DNA of 64,000 nucleotides from Synechococcus sp. (lineage in GTDB: Bacteria > Cyanobacteriota > Cyanobacteriia > PCC-6307 > Cyanobiaceae): positions 1,560,203 through 1,624,202 of the forward strand of contig JBJBEO010000001.1 in the NCBI GenBank assembly GCA_047284725.1. Reading direction: 5' to 3'. The position numbers were made by a program, and so were the translations under genes. Every line of letters starts with the position of its first letter. Positions within the stretch are counted from its first letter, which is position 1. Below the pieces are notes generated by a model. The model was not told where the DNA came from. It did no database searches and saw only the letters and a program-made list of their open reading frames with translations. Of the stretch, positions 51,958 to 63,201 are shown piece by piece.

Positions 51958-52290
51958 CTACGGGTCTGGGGTGGCTTCAGGCGAGAGCTGCTCAAGAAGC
52001 GCCTGCTGCTCCTCCGGGCTCAGGGCCTCAAACCGCGCCTGAAGCTCAGCGTCGGTGAATTGGTCATAGCCCTTGCGATAACGGCGACGCTGCTCCATGT
52101 AGGTCATCTTTCCTGTGACAACACGGAACAGATAGGAACCGGTCCAGACCACCACGATCACGATCAGCACTGCTTCGGCCGCGATGCCGGCCGAAGCATC
52201 CTCGAAACCAACCGCGGTGAAGGCGCCGTAACCAAGACCACCCAGCACCAGCACCAACAGGCCGATGAGGAGAACGTTCAAACGGGTCAA
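51958..52290 (-). CDS. DUF3007 family protein
   Basis: WTGSYLFRVVTGKMTYMEQRRRY. Confidence 0.82.
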   Translation of the reverse strand: MTRLNVLLIGLLVLVLGGLGYGAFTAVGFEDASAGIAAEAVLIVIVVVWTGSYLFRVVTGKMTYMEQRRRYRKGYDQFTDAELQARFEALSPEEQQALLEQLSPEATPDP

Positions 52291-52294
52291 CGGT

Positions 52295-52546
52295 TCAGAC
52301 CTCGCCTTGACCTTGCAGCCGGAAATTGAGGAAGGGAGCGAACATGATCATCCCCGGAAAGAAGAGAAACACCATTCCGTAGATACCGAGCCGTTCCACC
52401 TTGCCCATCCGGTGCCAGCGCTTGTTCATCCAGAAATAGAGCACCAGGGGCACCACCACCAGATAGAGGCCACCCAAAAGGACATAAGCGGCAAGCACGA
52501 GCAGCGTCTCCGTACTGGCCATGTTGGTGAGGGCTTCCGGCAACAC
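52295..52546 (-). CDS. ndhL: NAD(P)H-quinone oxidoreductase subunit L (start uncertain)
   Basis: YLVVVP...[28 protein letters not shown]. Confidence 0.9.
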   Translation of the reverse strand: MLPEALTNMASTETLLVLAAYVLLGGLYLVVVPLVLYFWMNKRWHRMGKVERLGIYGMVFLFFPGMIMFAPFLNFRLQGQGEV

Positions 52547-52611
52547 ATCACTCCCGCTTGATGGCTGAAATCTAAGATGCCGAGAAGAGCACTGACACGG
52601 CTCTGACCGCC

Positions 52612-52697
52612 GGGGGCATGGCGGAATTGGTAGACGCACGCGACTTAAAATCGTTTGGGCCGTAAGGCCTGTGGGGGTTCAAGTCCCCCTGCCCCCA
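52612..52697 (+). tRNA. trnL: tRNA-Leu(UAA), intronless, CCA not encoded
   Basis: GGGGGCA/TGCCCCC acceptor stem, TGGTAGAC D-loop, CT-TAA-AA anticodon loop, long variable arm and GTTCAAGTC T-loop. Confidence 0.93.
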
Positions 52698-52721
52698 CTG
52701 CTTGATCCACAGCCGGATTGT

Positions 52722-53669
52722 TCAAGGCATGGCTGGATGCTGCACGCCACGAGTGTTGACGTAAATGGCGTACATCGCCGTCCAGGCACAGATGAACAAA
52801 CGGTTGCAGTGTTCCCCACCAAAACAGAGATTGGCGACCCGCTGGGGCGTGCGCAGGCGGCCGAGGCGATGGCCGTCAGGAGCAATGCAGTGCACGCCAT
52901 CGCCTGCGCTGCTCCAGACATGGCCCTCTACATCCACGCAGATGCCATCGGCGTAACCCGGACTCACCTGGTGGAACAACCGCGCCTCGCCAAGGCCGCC
53001 ACCACCATCCTCCACATCGAAAACGAGGATGCGTCGTTCTGGATCGGGATCATCCGGTGCCCCCGTATCGACCACGTACAGAAGCGATTCATCTGGAGAG
53101 AAGGCCAGACCATTGGGTCCAACCACCTGCGATGGCTCGGTCATCGCCGTCAAAGAGCCATCGTTGGGATCAAAACGATAGATCCGGGCCGGCTGGCGAG
53201 AACTGCGTCTCCCACCCTCGTAGTCATTGATCAGTCCGTAGAGCGGATCACTGAACCAGATCGTTCCGTCCCGTTTCACCACCACATCGTTGGGGGTGTT
53301 GAGGGGTTCTCCGCGATGGGAATCCACCAGGCGCACCACCCGGCCGCTGTGCTCGGTGCGCAGCAAAGCCCTCTCGCCATGACTGCAGGTCAGCAGCCGT
53401 CCGTGGCGATCACGGGTCTGCCCATTCGGGAAACCGGCCCGATGGCGGAAGACGCTCAGCCCGTGGTCCTCATCCCAGGCCAAGATCCGGTCATTGGGAA
53501 TGTCTGAGACCAGCAGCCGGTTCTGATCTCCGATCCAGACCGGCCCCTCCAACCATCGACACCCCTCAAACAACACCTCCATCTGGGCGTTGAACAGCAA
53601 CAGATCGTGGAAGCGGGGGTGATCCGCCGCAAATGCGGTGTCAACGAAGCTGGACTGGGAAACAGCCAT
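52722..53669 (-). CDS. SMP-30/gluconolactonase family protein
   Basis: Motifs EGPVW, SDIP, PNG, NTPNDVVV, PNGLAFSPDE and ADG. Confidence 0.9.
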   Translation of the reverse strand: MAVSQSSFVDTAFAADHPRFHDLLLFNAQMEVLFEGCRWLEGPVWIGDQNRLLVSDIPNDRILAWDEDHGLSVFRHRAGFPNGQTRDRHGRLLTCSHGERALLRTEHSGRVVRLVDSHRGEPLNTPNDVVVKRDGTIWFSDPLYGLINDYEGGRRSSRQPARIYRFDPNDGSLTAMTEPSQVVGPNGLAFSPDESLLYVVDTGAPDDPDPERRILVFDVEDGGGGLGEARLFHQVSPGYADGICVDVEGHVWSSAGDGVHCIAPDGHRLGRLRTPQRVANLCFGGEHCNRLFICAWTAMYAIYVNTRGVQHPAMP

Positions 53670-53697
53670 TGACCAGCGCCATTTGCTTTCAAGCTAT

Positions 53698-54810
53698 TCA
53701 GGCAACCCCTGTCTGACCAACAGGCGAGATCGCCGTGATCCGCCAGGGAAGGGTGTCACCGCCATGGAACAGCACTGGAGCCTGGTCGTCTGCAAGGGGA
53801 CCCTCACCCGCTGACGACGGGAAGGGGCCGAGCAGACGGACCGGCACATCAAGCGGCGCGCGTTCAAGGGTGACGGTGCCGGAATTGAGGGGTAGGCCGT
53901 AGAAACGCGGGCCGAATTCGCTGGCGAAGCCTTCGAGCTGAGGGAGAGCATCTTCCTGCTCAAACACGGTGGCGTAGCTCTCCAGGGCATGGAGAGCATT
54001 GAAGATGCCGGCACAGCCACAGGCTGATTCCTTGCCAGCCCGGGGGTGCGGGGCGGAATCGGTGCCAAGGAAGAAGCAGGGCTCACCACTGGTGGCCGCT
54101 TTCACCAGAGCACGACGGTGGGTCTCACGCTTAACGACCGGAAGACAGTAGAAGTCGCTTCGCAATCCACCGGCAAACATGGCGTTGCGGTTGAGGTGGA
54201 GATGGTGGGGAGTGATCGTTGCCGCCAGCAACGAACTCCTTCCCGACACGTAATCCACGGCTTGTGCGGTGGTGATGTGTTCCAGAACCACCTTCAGACC
54301 TTGATGACGCTCGCGCAGGGGAATCAGATGCCGATCGATGAACACAGCCTCACGATCGAAGATGTCGATACCGGAATCGGTGACCTCGCCATGGATGAGC
54401 AAGGGAATCCCCAGCGCTTCCATCCTTTCCAGCACGGGGGCGATCGTGTCGAGATCAGTTACACCCGCCGCTGAATTGGTGGTGGCATTGGCGGGGTAAA
54501 GCTTGGCGGCTGTGAACACCCCATCACGAAAGCCTTCCTCCAGCACTGCCGGGTCCAGATCATCGGTGAGATAGGCCGTCATCAAGGGTGTGAACTGCGC
54601 ATCGTCCGGCAGGGCTGAGATGATCCGCTCGCGGTAGGCCAGTGCTGCCTCCACCGTGGTGACTGGTGGCTTGAGGTTGGGCATCACGATGGCCCGCGCA
54701 AACACCCGTGCTGTGGCCGGAAGCACCGCCTGCAACATGGCCCCGTCACGCAGGTGCACATGCCAATCGTCGGGACGACGAAGCGTGAGACGAGACGGAA
54801 CTTCAGTCAC
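53698..54810 (-). CDS. pyrC: Dihydroorotase
   Basis: Motifs [20 protein letters not shown] and LGTDSAPH. Confidence 0.96.
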   Translation of the reverse strand: MTEVPSRLTLRRPDDWHVHLRDGAMLQAVLPATARVFARAIVMPNLKPPVTTVEAALAYRERIISALPDDAQFTPLMTAYLTDDLDPAVLEEGFRDGVFTAAKLYPANATTNSAAGVTDLDTIAPVLERMEALGIPLLIHGEVTDSGIDIFDREAVFIDRHLIPLRERHQGLKVVLEHITTAQAVDYVSGRSSLLAATITPHHLHLNRNAMFAGGLRSDFYCLPVVKRETHRRALVKAATSGEPCFFLGTDSAPHPRAGKESACGCAGIFNALHALESYATVFEQEDALPQLEGFASEFGPRFYGLPLNSGTVTLERAPLDVPVRLLGPFPSSAGEGPLADDQAPVLFHGGDTLPWRITAISPVGQTGVA

Positions 54811-54827
54811 AGAGCCAGAGGCAAAGA

Positions 54828-56471
54828 TCAGTTGAGGCCGGCGACCGCCCGGCGCAGTGCATCACAACGATCGGTGGTGATGCACTCCTCAGGGATCAGC
54901 TGTAGCAACTTGAGCTTCTCGAGGCGACGACGGGTGACACCCGGAAGAAGCACCAGATACACCTGGCGGCCCACTTCCAGGGCTTCCTTGATGGCATTTT
55001 CCAGGGCTAAAGAAGCTGTGACCCCGAGGTGAGAGACCTCATGAAGGTCAAAGACCACCGCTTCACAATCGCTGATGGCGTTGTGTTCCCGGGAAATGGC
55101 CTTGGCAACGCCAAAGATCATCGGCCCAGCGAGCTGGAAGAGAAGAACGCGACCTGATGCCTGGTCGATGAACGCTTGCTCCTCATCTGACAGTTCAACA
55201 TCGTCGTCGGCCGTGCTGATCGTTTTCACACGCTTCGACTGAAGGGCGCTCATGCGATCGATGGTGAGCACGTTCGCAACGAACACGCCGATGCCAACAG
55301 CTGCGATCAGGTCGACCAAGACCGTCAGGGCGATCACCCCATAGGTGATCAGCGCAGCCTTGACAGACAGGTGATGGGCGCGTTGCAGGAAATCCCAATC
55401 GATGATGTCGATACCGACCTTGAGGGCAATCCCGGCCAGCACAGCCAAGGGGATCTGAGCCGCAAGGGGGGCTGCAACCAGCACCACCACCATCAGGATC
55501 ACGGCGCGGATGATCCCGGACAGAGCCGAACGACCACCGGCCTGGATGTTCACCACCGTGCCCATGGTGGCGCCAGCACCCGGGAGACCACCGAACAACC
55601 CCGAGGCAATGTTCGCGAGGCCCTGACCAACCAGTTCCTTGTTGGAATCGTGTTCGGTGCGGGTGAGGCTGTCAGCCACCACGGAGGTGAGCAACGCATC
55701 GATGCAACCGAGCATGCCCAGAACAGCACCATCGACCAGCATCAAACTCAACTGACCGCCGTCAAACCGCGGCATCTGGGGGCTTGGCAATTGCGCGGAG
55801 AATTCACCAATCACCGCGAGATCAAGATCCTTCGGCAAAATGATGTAAAGCAAGGTGCCGACCACAAGGGCGAGGAGCTGTGGTGGGCAAAACTTTTTGA
55901 CGGCGCCGGGTGTCAACCAAAGAATCGCGACAGTGACGACAGCCAGAGCCAGCTCAGGAGCATCCACATTGCTGAGCAGGTCGGGGATCCGAACGATGGT
56001 GCCTTTGACGCCCCCTTGGGCTTGCTGCCCGAGAAACGCAGGTAACTGAAGGATCACCAGGATGGCCCCGATCCCCGACATAAAGCCGGAAATCACCGTG
56101 TAGGGCATCTGGGTGACATAGCGCCCCAGACGGAAAACCCCGAACAGGATCTGGAACAAGCCCGCAAGCATCACCACGGTGAACGCCATCGCCATGGCCG
56201 TCCCCTCGTCCGGAGCCGTCGCAGTGAGGCTGATGATCACAGAGGTGAACACCACCGTCATCGGACCGGTGGGTTCGGAGATCAGCGTGGGAGTGCCCCC
56301 AAAGAAAGCCGCCACCAGGCCGATGATCACGGCACCCCAAAGGCCTGGGCCAGGACTACCGGTTGCCGCCACGCCGAAGGCCAATGCCATGGGGAGCGCC
56401 ACGACAGCGGCCGTCAGACCACCAAAGGCGTCACCTTTGATGTTCTGAGTGCTGATGCGGTTCAGAAACAC
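54828..56471 (-). CDS. bicA: SulP/SLC26 bicarbonate transporter (BicA-like) with STAS domain
   Basis: [28 protein letters not shown] and [11 protein letters not shown]. True start is GTG 56471, not the ORF-track 57425. Confidence 0.85.
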   Translation of the reverse strand: MFLNRISTQNIKGDAFGGLTAAVVALPMALAFGVAATGSPGPGLWGAVIIGLVAAFFGGTPTLISEPTGPMTVVFTSVIISLTATAPDEGTAMAMAFTVVMLAGLFQILFGVFRLGRYVTQMPYTVISGFMSGIGAILVILQLPAFLGQQAQGGVKGTIVRIPDLLSNVDAPELALAVVTVAILWLTPGAVKKFCPPQLLALVVGTLLYIILPKDLDLAVIGEFSAQLPSPQMPRFDGGQLSLMLVDGAVLGMLGCIDALLTSVVADSLTRTEHDSNKELVGQGLANIASGLFGGLPGAGATMGTVVNIQAGGRSALSGIIRAVILMVVVLVAAPLAAQIPLAVLAGIALKVGIDIIDWDFLQRAHHLSVKAALITYGVIALTVLVDLIAAVGIGVFVANVLTIDRMSALQSKRVKTISTADDDVELSDEEQAFIDQASGRVLLFQLAGPMIFGVAKAISREHNAISDCEAVVFDLHEVSHLGVTASLALENAIKEALEVGRQVYLVLLPGVTRRRLEKLKLLQLIPEECITTDRCDALRRAVAGLN

Positions 56472-56595
56472 TTCGGTTTCGTTATCGATTCTGGGGATGC
56501 TAGAGCTCACCTCGGTTTGCGTACTTCCCGAACAATCAGCATTGGCTATCGGGTGAGACAGCAGAATCAAGCCAACGTCATCAATTGCCGCCGCG

Positions 56596-57699
56596 ATGCC
56601 CGAGTTCCTGCTCTCCGCTCTGGAAGTGCTGGTGGGCATCGCCCTGCTCTTTGGCGGCGGCGAGTTGTTTGTGCAGGGGGCCGTCACCATGGCCTTGATC
56701 CTGGGGATTCCCCAGCTGGTGATCGGCCTGACGGTGGTCTCCCTCGGCACCAGCGCCCCTGAATTCTTCGTGGGCATCGGTTCGGTCTTGAACCAGTCCG
56801 ACGCCCTGGCGGTGAGCAATGTCGTGGGCAGCAACATCTTCAACGTGATGGTGGTGCTGGGCAGCAGTTCCTTGGTGCTGCCGTTGAAGGTGGAAAGTCG
56901 CCTGGTTCGCCGGGATGTGCCCTTGCTTCTGGCCGTGTCCGCTGCGGTTTGGGGCATGGCCTCCACCGGCACAGTCACCTGGCAATCAGGGGTCGCCCTT
57001 CTGCTGGCATTGGTGATCAACAGCATCTGGGAGATCCGCACCGCCCGGGAAGAGCCCGAGGAGATGGAGAACGCGGAGCCTGAGATCGACGTCGAAACCG
57101 CCGAGGAAGGCTGGTTCAAGGCCACGGTCCGCTTGGCGGCGGGGATCCTTGTGCTCGGCTTCGGGGCCTCGATCCTGGTGAAGGGAGCCTCAGCCGCCGC
57201 AACCCAGCTGGGAGTAAGCGAAGCAGTGATCGGTCTCACCATCGTGTCGGCAGGCACATCCATGCCTGAATTGATCACCTCTCTTGTGGCGGCGCTGCGG
57301 GGACGCACCGACCTTGCCATTGGCAATGTCGTGGGCAGTTGCCTGCTCAACCTGCTGCTGGTGCTGGGTGGTGGCGCCATTGCCACGGGAGCCCGCGGCC
57401 TGCAGGTGAGCCCCGAACTCATCAACGACGATCTGCCGGTGATGCTGCTGACATGCCTGGCCTGTTTCCCGATCTTCTGGACGAAGGGAGTGATTTCACG
57501 CCTGGAAGGTGGGCTGCTGGTGGGGCTCTATGTGGTCTATCTCGCCGACAATGTGCTGCCACGCACAAGCTTCGCCTCGTGGTCCGATGAGTTCCGCCTG
57601 CTGGTGCTTTGCCTGATCTTGCCGGCCGTGATGGTGCTGATCACGACCCAGGCCCTGGTGTATTGGCGCCAGCTCCGTAACGGCCAATCCCAAAGCTGA
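56596..57699 (+). CDS. Calcium/sodium antiporter (YrbG/CaCA family)
   Basis: Two alpha repeats, GTSAPE...GSNIFN and GTSMPE...GSCLLN. Confidence 0.92.
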   Translation: MPEFLLSALEVLVGIALLFGGGELFVQGAVTMALILGIPQLVIGLTVVSLGTSAPEFFVGIGSVLNQSDALAVSNVVGSNIFNVMVVLGSSSLVLPLKVESRLVRRDVPLLLAVSAAVWGMASTGTVTWQSGVALLLALVINSIWEIRTAREEPEEMENAEPEIDVETAEEGWFKATVRLAAGILVLGFGASILVKGASAAATQLGVSEAVIGLTIVSAGTSMPELITSLVAALRGRTDLAIGNVVGSCLLNLLLVLGGGAIATGARGLQVSPELINDDLPVMLLTCLACFPIFWTKGVISRLEGGLLVGLYVVYLADNVLPRTSFASWSDEFRLLVLCLILPAVMVLITTQALVYWRQLRNGQSQS

Positions 57700-57734
57700 T
57701 CCCAGCGTTGAAGATCAGCAACGCATCCCTGCAG

Positions 57735-59099
57735 TCACCCCATGGTGACGAACTCCTCGGCCACCGATGGATGCAGGGCCATGGTGCGATCGAAATCAGC
57801 CTTGGTGGCCCCCATGCCAATGGCGATCGCGGCCATCTGGATGATCTCTGCGGCGTGTTCACCCACCATGTGGCAGCCGAGGACCCGATCATTTGACCGT
57901 TCCACCACCAGCTTGAGCAGACAGCGCGGACCAGTTTTCGGCAAAGCCTGAGCCATTGATCGGAAGCGGGCACGATGCACCACCACCTGCTCCGCACCAT
58001 GGCGAGCAATGGCGGCGTTCTCACTCAGGCCTACGGTGGCCAGCTCTGGCTGACTGAACACGGCGCTGGCCACCAGGTCGTGGTCGACCTGGCGGTGAAG
58101 ACCAGCGAACACAGAATCGGCATAGGCCCTGCCCTCATCGACCGCCACAGGAGTGAGACAAACCCGGTCGGTCACATCACCGACCGCATGAATGTGGGGA
58201 ATGTTGGTGGCCTGATCGGCATCCACGGGGACCTTTCCAGCCTGCACCTGGACGCCCGCCGCAGCAAGATCCAGACCATCGAGGAAGGGTCGCCGGCCGG
58301 TGGCGAGCAACACACCGCCACAGCGCAGCCAATCGCCCTGACTGGTCAGCACCGCAAGGTCTCCAGGAAGGCCCTCAATGGCCTCTGGGGTGGTGGCGAA
58401 GCGCAGGTCAACACCCTTCTCCACCATGCCTTCCTGAACGGCATCGGCGAGTTCACGATCAAAGCCGCGCAGAAGATGATCCCCGCGCACGAGCTGAATC
58501 ACCTCAACCCCCAGCCCCCTGAGGATGCAGGCAAATTCACAGGCGATGAAACCGGCCCCCACCACGACAACCCGCTGCGGGTAACGCTCCTGCAGAAACA
58601 TGTGGTCACTGACCCAAGCCAGTTCGGCACCCGGGAACGCGGGCCGATGCGGACGTCCTCCCACGGCAATCAGAATCCGTTGGCCATGAAGCACCCGCTC
58701 GGACTCGGCTCCTGCAGTGCATACAGCGACGCGATGGGGATCAAGAAAACGTCCCCAACCTGACACCAAGACAACCCCAGCCTTCTCCAGAAATGCAATG
58801 TGCAGAGCGTTGAGGCGATCCACTTCCTGCCGCACATTGGCGAGCAGGACTGCCGAGTCTTGCGTCACCTCCCCAACGCTGACGCCATAACTCGGCGCCG
58901 CTTGCAGCTGATCCTGAACCTGGGAGCCGTAGACCAGAAGCTTCTTGGGCACACAACCACGGATCACACAGGTGCCGCCGACCCGGTCTCCCTCCACAAT
59001 CGCCACCCGGGCACCGTGGCGAGCCGCACGCTTTGCGGCAGCCAGTCCTCCGGAACCGGCACCCACCACAATCAGGTCAAAGCTGTCGTCGTTCAACAT
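57735..59099 (-). CDS. gor: Glutathione reductase
   Basis: Motifs GAGSGG, GGTCVIRGCVPKK, GAGFIACE and HPSVAEE. Confidence 0.95.
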   Translation of the reverse strand: MLNDDSFDLIVVGAGSGGLAAAKRAARHGARVAIVEGDRVGGTCVIRGCVPKKLLVYGSQVQDQLQAAPSYGVSVGEVTQDSAVLLANVRQEVDRLNALHIAFLEKAGVVLVSGWGRFLDPHRVAVCTAGAESERVLHGQRILIAVGGRPHRPAFPGAELAWVSDHMFLQERYPQRVVVVGAGFIACEFACILRGLGVEVIQLVRGDHLLRGFDRELADAVQEGMVEKGVDLRFATTPEAIEGLPGDLAVLTSQGDWLRCGGVLLATGRRPFLDGLDLAAAGVQVQAGKVPVDADQATNIPHIHAVGDVTDRVCLTPVAVDEGRAYADSVFAGLHRQVDHDLVASAVFSQPELATVGLSENAAIARHGAEQVVVHRARFRSMAQALPKTGPRCLLKLVVERSNDRVLGCHMVGEHAAEIIQMAAIAIGMGATKADFDRTMALHPSVAEEFVTMG

Positions 59100-59255
59100 T
59101 CAGAGCGTGGCGAACCACTGCCAACTGCCCGCATTGTGCCCGGCACAAAAGGTGTAGGCGTCGCCACCGGGAGCGATCAGGCCGTGCAACGCCAGCGGTA
59201 TGGGAGCAGAGCTCTGATGCAAACGCATGCAAACCCTGAAATCACGGCATAGTGA

Positions 59256-59927
59256 ATGTGCTTGATCGCTTTCAATCCGCTGCATCTCGCCCAGTACGAC
59301 CGCATTCCTGATCCCGACGGGTATCCGTTGTTCGAGGTGGAGATTCAGCATCTCCAACCCACCCAGATGTGCATCGGTTTGGCAGAGGTGCGCAGTCGGC
59401 AGAAGGACTTCCAGGCCGACAGCGATGCAGAACGTCTGCGATACCTGCGCACGAAGCCCGTGCCACTGGTGCGCAACGCCAGAGGCGAGCTGTGGATGGT
59501 GGATCGCCACCACCGCCTTCGAGCTCTGCTGGAGATGGATCCGCATCTCACCACCTACGGCTACGTGATCGAAGATCTCGACAGCACCGATCGCAGCACC
59601 GTGTTGCAAAGACTGCAATCACGTGGGTGGCTGTATCTCTTCGACGGCCGAGGCACAGGTCCGCAAACGCCTGAAGCACTACCCACAAGCCTGATGGGCC
59701 TCCAGGATGATCCCTACCGCAGCCTTGTCTGGAAGCTGAAGAAGGAGCGAGCCATCAAGCCACAACCCCTGATTCCCTATCACGAGTTCCGCTGGGGTGC
59801 GTGGCTTCGCAGTCGGCCCCTTCCCCCCTTCAGTTCCATGCAACTTGAGCCTGCCTTGCCGCCGGCCAGACGGTTGGTACGGTCAACAGGAGCCGCGCAT
59901 CTCGCCGGCTGGACAGGCGCCGGTTGA
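59256..59927 (+). CDS. ParB-like (ParBc_2) domain protein; start uncertain
   Basis: Motifs LQPTQMCIG, VDRHH, DDPYRSL and EFRWGAWL. Confidence 0.8.
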   Translation: MCLIAFNPLHLAQYDRIPDPDGYPLFEVEIQHLQPTQMCIGLAEVRSRQKDFQADSDAERLRYLRTKPVPLVRNARGELWMVDRHHRLRALLEMDPHLTTYGYVIEDLDSTDRSTVLQRLQSRGWLYLFDGRGTGPQTPEALPTSLMGLQDDPYRSLVWKLKKERAIKPQPLIPYHEFRWGAWLRSRPLPPFSSMQLEPALPPARRLVRSTGAAHLAGWTGAG

Positions 59928-59937
59928 GCCTCTTCGA

Positions 59938-61329
59938 TCAGCGTTTTTTGCGCGAATCAATCTGCAGCAGGTCCTTCACCTTCTGCACTTGGCTGGCGAT
60001 CTGAGGATCCGATGACAATTTTTTCTCCACCTGCTCGATCGCGTACATCACGGTGGTGTGGTCCTTGCCGCCGAAGGTTTCACCGATGCGGGGCAGGCTG
60101 AGGTCAGTGCCCTGACGCATCAGGTACATCCCGACCTGCCGGGCCTGACTCACAGCCCTGCGCCGACTGCTGCTGAGCATGTCATCCGCACTGACATTGA
60201 ACACCTCCGACACCTTCTCGATCACCTGCTGCGGGGTGACTTCCACCCCCCGGCCACTGGGGTCGAGCATCGGAGCCACCGATTCCACCGTCATCGGCAG
60301 ACCCGTGATGGACGCGAACGCCACAGCCCTCGTCAGAGCGCCCTCCAGCTCACGGATATTGGACGTGAAACGCCCCGAAATGTACTGAATCAGATCCCTG
60401 GGAAGGGCCACCCGTTCCTGCTCAGCTTTCTTCTGGAGAATCGCCATGCGCGTTTCCAGATCAGGAGTCTGGATATCAGCGATCAGCCCCATGGAGAAAC
60501 GGGAAATCAACCGTTCCTGAAGCCTGGGAATCTGGCTGGGAGGACGATCGCTTGCGATCACGATCTGACGACCGGCCTCATGCAAGGCGTTGAAGGTGTG
60601 AAAGAACTCTTCTTGGGTGTACTCCTTGCCTTCGATGAACTGAATGTCATCCACCAGAATCAGATCGGTGGCCCTGTATCGATCACGGAAGGCCTGCATG
60701 CCGTCCTTGCGGATCGCCACGATGAGGTCATTGGTGAAGGTCTCTGTGGAGACATACGACACCCGCGCATCCGGATCGATCTCCAAGCGGTAATGACCGA
60801 TGGCCTGCATCAGATGGGTCTTACCCAGACCCACGCCGCCACAGATGAACAGGGGATTGAATTCCCGACCGGGTGATTCAGCAACCGCCAACGCAGCGGC
60901 ATGGGCCATGCGGCTGTTGGGACCAACCACAAAACGGTTGAACACGTAACGGCGATTCAGTCCGGGGAGGCGTCGGGGCTGGCGGGATGGCACAGCGGTC
61001 ACGACATCCGGCCGGGCGGGAGCATCCGTCGGCACCGCGGGGGCCATCGGAGGGGCTTGAGCGTCCGATGCCTTCTCATCCACCTGGTGAGCCAGCACCG
61101 TCACCTGAACTGGGGTGCCAACAATGTCGGTGGCCAGCTCGGTGATGGTCTTGAGGTAATGCTTCCTCAGCCAGTTGCTGGCAAAGATGTTGGGGGCCTG
61201 CAGCAACAACTCACCGTTCGTGAACCCGCTGCACCGCACGGGACGCAGCCAGGTTTCAAAGGTGGGCTTGCTGAGACTGCCCTGTAGAGCTTGCTGCACT
61301 TTGTTCCACAGCTCACTCCCCGACAGCAC
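59938..61329 (-). CDS. dnaA: Chromosomal replication initiator DnaA
   Basis: Motifs [34 protein letters not shown] and GGKDHTTV. Confidence 0.98.
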   Translation of the reverse strand: MLSGSELWNKVQQALQGSLSKPTFETWLRPVRCSGFTNGELLLQAPNIFASNWLRKHYLKTITELATDIVGTPVQVTVLAHQVDEKASDAQAPPMAPAVPTDAPARPDVVTAVPSRQPRRLPGLNRRYVFNRFVVGPNSRMAHAAALAVAESPGREFNPLFICGGVGLGKTHLMQAIGHYRLEIDPDARVSYVSTETFTNDLIVAIRKDGMQAFRDRYRATDLILVDDIQFIEGKEYTQEEFFHTFNALHEAGRQIVIASDRPPSQIPRLQERLISRFSMGLIADIQTPDLETRMAILQKKAEQERVALPRDLIQYISGRFTSNIRELEGALTRAVAFASITGLPMTVESVAPMLDPSGRGVEVTPQQVIEKVSEVFNVSADDMLSSSRRRAVSQARQVGMYLMRQGTDLSLPRIGETFGGKDHTTVMYAIEQVEKKLSSDPQIASQVQKVKDLLQIDSRKKR

Positions 61330-61420
61330 CTGGCACTCTCCTCAACGATGCCGGAATCTACGCACCTCCATGGGACGGAACGGCGTTTCATGGCACCCTG
61401 TCAGAAATCCCTGAGATCCC

Positions 61421-62572
61421 ATGGCTCGCGCCGATCACCTGCTGTCGCTGCGCCCACTGCGCTGGCTTGGACTCGGCGTGCTGGGACTTGGCTTGTGCAG
61501 CTGTCAGGCCGATTGGAAGCAGCGGCTTGGCATCTCCCCTCAGCCCCTCCCAGACAAAGTTCCAGAAGTCAGTGATGGTCCGACGGCGCCTCCCCTGAAG
61601 CCCGGACGCAATGTGATCGTGTCCGCAGTCGATCGCGTGGGCCCCGCAGTGGTACGCATCGACACGGTGAAACGGGTCAGCAATCCGCTGGGCACCTTGT
61701 TCGGCGGAGCGCCCTCCATTCAGCAGGAGCAGGGTCAGGGCTCGGGGTTCATCACCCGATCGGACGGCCTGATCTTCACCAATGAACATGTTGTGGAGGG
61801 AGCCGATCAGGTGTCGGTGACCCTTCCCGATGGCCGCAGCTTCCGAGGCAAGGTGCTCGGCGGCGATCCCCTAACGGATGTGGCCGTGGTGAAGGTCGTG
61901 GCCGACAAGTTGCCGGTGGCTCCATTGGGCAACTCGAATGACCTCAAGCCCGGTGAATGGGCCATTGCCATCGGCAATCCCCTTGGCCTCAACAACACCG
62001 TCACCGCGGGCATCATCAGCGCCGTTGATCGCACCGATGCGCTTGGCTCCGGACGACGCGTGCCCTACATCCAGACCGATGCAGCTGTGAACCCCGGCAA
62101 CAGCGGCGGTCCCTTGATCAACTCTTCAGGCCAGGTGATCGGTATCAACACCGCCATCCGCAAGGCCCCCGGTGCAGGCCTCAGTTTTGCCATTCCCATC
62201 AACCTGGCCAAACGGATTGCTCAGCAGATCATCAGCACCGGACAGGCCTCTCACCCCTACATCGGAGTTCGCCTCCAGACCCTCACGCCGCAGCTGGCCA
62301 AGGAAATCAACGCCACAAGCCAGACCTGTCGTGTTCCGGAAACCAATGGAGTGCTGGTGATCGAAGTGGTGGAGAACAGCCCGGCGTCGCGCGCCGGTAT
62401 CAAAGCCTGCGACCTGATCAAATCGGTGAATGGCACCAAGGTGAAGGATGCCTCCGAAGTGCAGTTGGAGGTGAGCCGCGGCACCGTTGGCGAACCGATG
62501 CCCTTGATCCTGGAACGAGACGCGAAACCGGTGGAGGTTTCAGTGCGTCCGGCAGAGTTGCCCAAGCAGTGA
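61421..62572 (+). CDS. HtrA/Deg family serine protease with PDZ domain
   Basis: TNEHVV, DVAV, TDAAVNPGNSGGPL and one PDZ domain. Confidence 0.93.
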   Translation: MARADHLLSLRPLRWLGLGVLGLGLCSCQADWKQRLGISPQPLPDKVPEVSDGPTAPPLKPGRNVIVSAVDRVGPAVVRIDTVKRVSNPLGTLFGGAPSIQQEQGQGSGFITRSDGLIFTNEHVVEGADQVSVTLPDGRSFRGKVLGGDPLTDVAVVKVVADKLPVAPLGNSNDLKPGEWAIAIGNPLGLNNTVTAGIISAVDRTDALGSGRRVPYIQTDAAVNPGNSGGPLINSSGQVIGINTAIRKAPGAGLSFAIPINLAKRIAQQIISTGQASHPYIGVRLQTLTPQLAKEINATSQTCRVPETNGVLVIEVVENSPASRAGIKACDLIKSVNGTKVKDASEVQLEVSRGTVGEPMPLILERDAKPVEVSVRPAELPKQ

Positions 62573-63201
62573 TGGGCCGTCGCCCCGGGCGGCCGGTCCT
62601 GGTGGTGATGAGTCGCTGGCCTGCCTTCGGTCGGTGCAAACGACGGCTGGCAGCCAGCATCGGCAACAGCGCCGCCGCAAGGGTGCAGACCCGACTGCGC
62701 GCCCATGCCCTTGCGGTCTCGGAAGCCATGCAAAGGGAGGGCGTGCTCAACCTTCAACTGGCCATGGCCGGCGGAGGGGCGGAGCGTGAACAACGGCGGT
62801 TGCGACAGGCCGTTTCCCTCCAGGGAACAGGGTGTCTGGGCTTAACCATGCGACGGCAGCTGCTTCGTGCCTCGAGAACCGCGCCCGGTCAACCGCTGCT
62901 CATCATCGGCACAGATCTCCCAAGCCTCAGCCGACGCGATCTCTGGGCCGCACTGGAGGCTGTGCAGCAGCATCCACTCGTGATCGGGCCTGCAGAGGAT
63001 GGGGGCTACTGGTTGCTCGGCCTCAACGCTCGACTGGCAAGGCAGTGTCCGGCCTGGCTTTTCACCGGCATCGCGTGGGGGGGCGACCAGGTGCTGCACA
63101 CCACGCTCAAGCGGTCACGGGATCGGGGCTTCGCCCCCCACTTGCTGGAGACCCACAACGACATCGACCGACTGGAGGACCTGAGGCCTTGGCTGGTCTG
63201 A
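62569..63201 (+). CDS. DUF2064 / TIGR04282-type glycosyltransferase-like protein
   Basis: GRCKRRL, IGTDLP, GPAEDGGYWLLG and DIDRLEDL. Confidence 0.85.
   Translation: MMGRRPGRPVLVVMSRWPAFGRCKRRLAASIGNSAAARVQTRLRAHALAVSEAMQREGVLNLQLAMAGGGAEREQRRLRQAVSLQGTGCLGLTMRRQLLRASRTAPGQPLLIIGTDLPSLSRRDLWAALEAVQQHPLVIGPAEDGGYWLLGLNARLARQCPAWLFTGIAWGGDQVLHTTLKRSRDRGFAPHLLETHNDIDRLEDLRPWLV

Noticed and set aside
52612..52697. Group I intron in tRNA-Leu(UAA), or an integrated element at this tRNA
   Set aside because: The anticodon loop is uninterrupted and no att-like duplicate was seen.
56472..57425. Apparent 317-aa N-terminal extension making an 865-aa SulP fusion
   Set aside because: The extension is the antisense frame of the Ca/Na antiporter. 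The SulP homology begins at GTG 56471.
61301..61310. DnaA-box-like ttgttccaca
   Set aside because: A single imperfect match inside the dnaA coding sequence (LWNK codons).
62832..63188. N-terminal extension of the GT2 ORF
   Set aside because: It is an alternate frame inside the DUF2064 gene. The GT2 domain starts near 63189.
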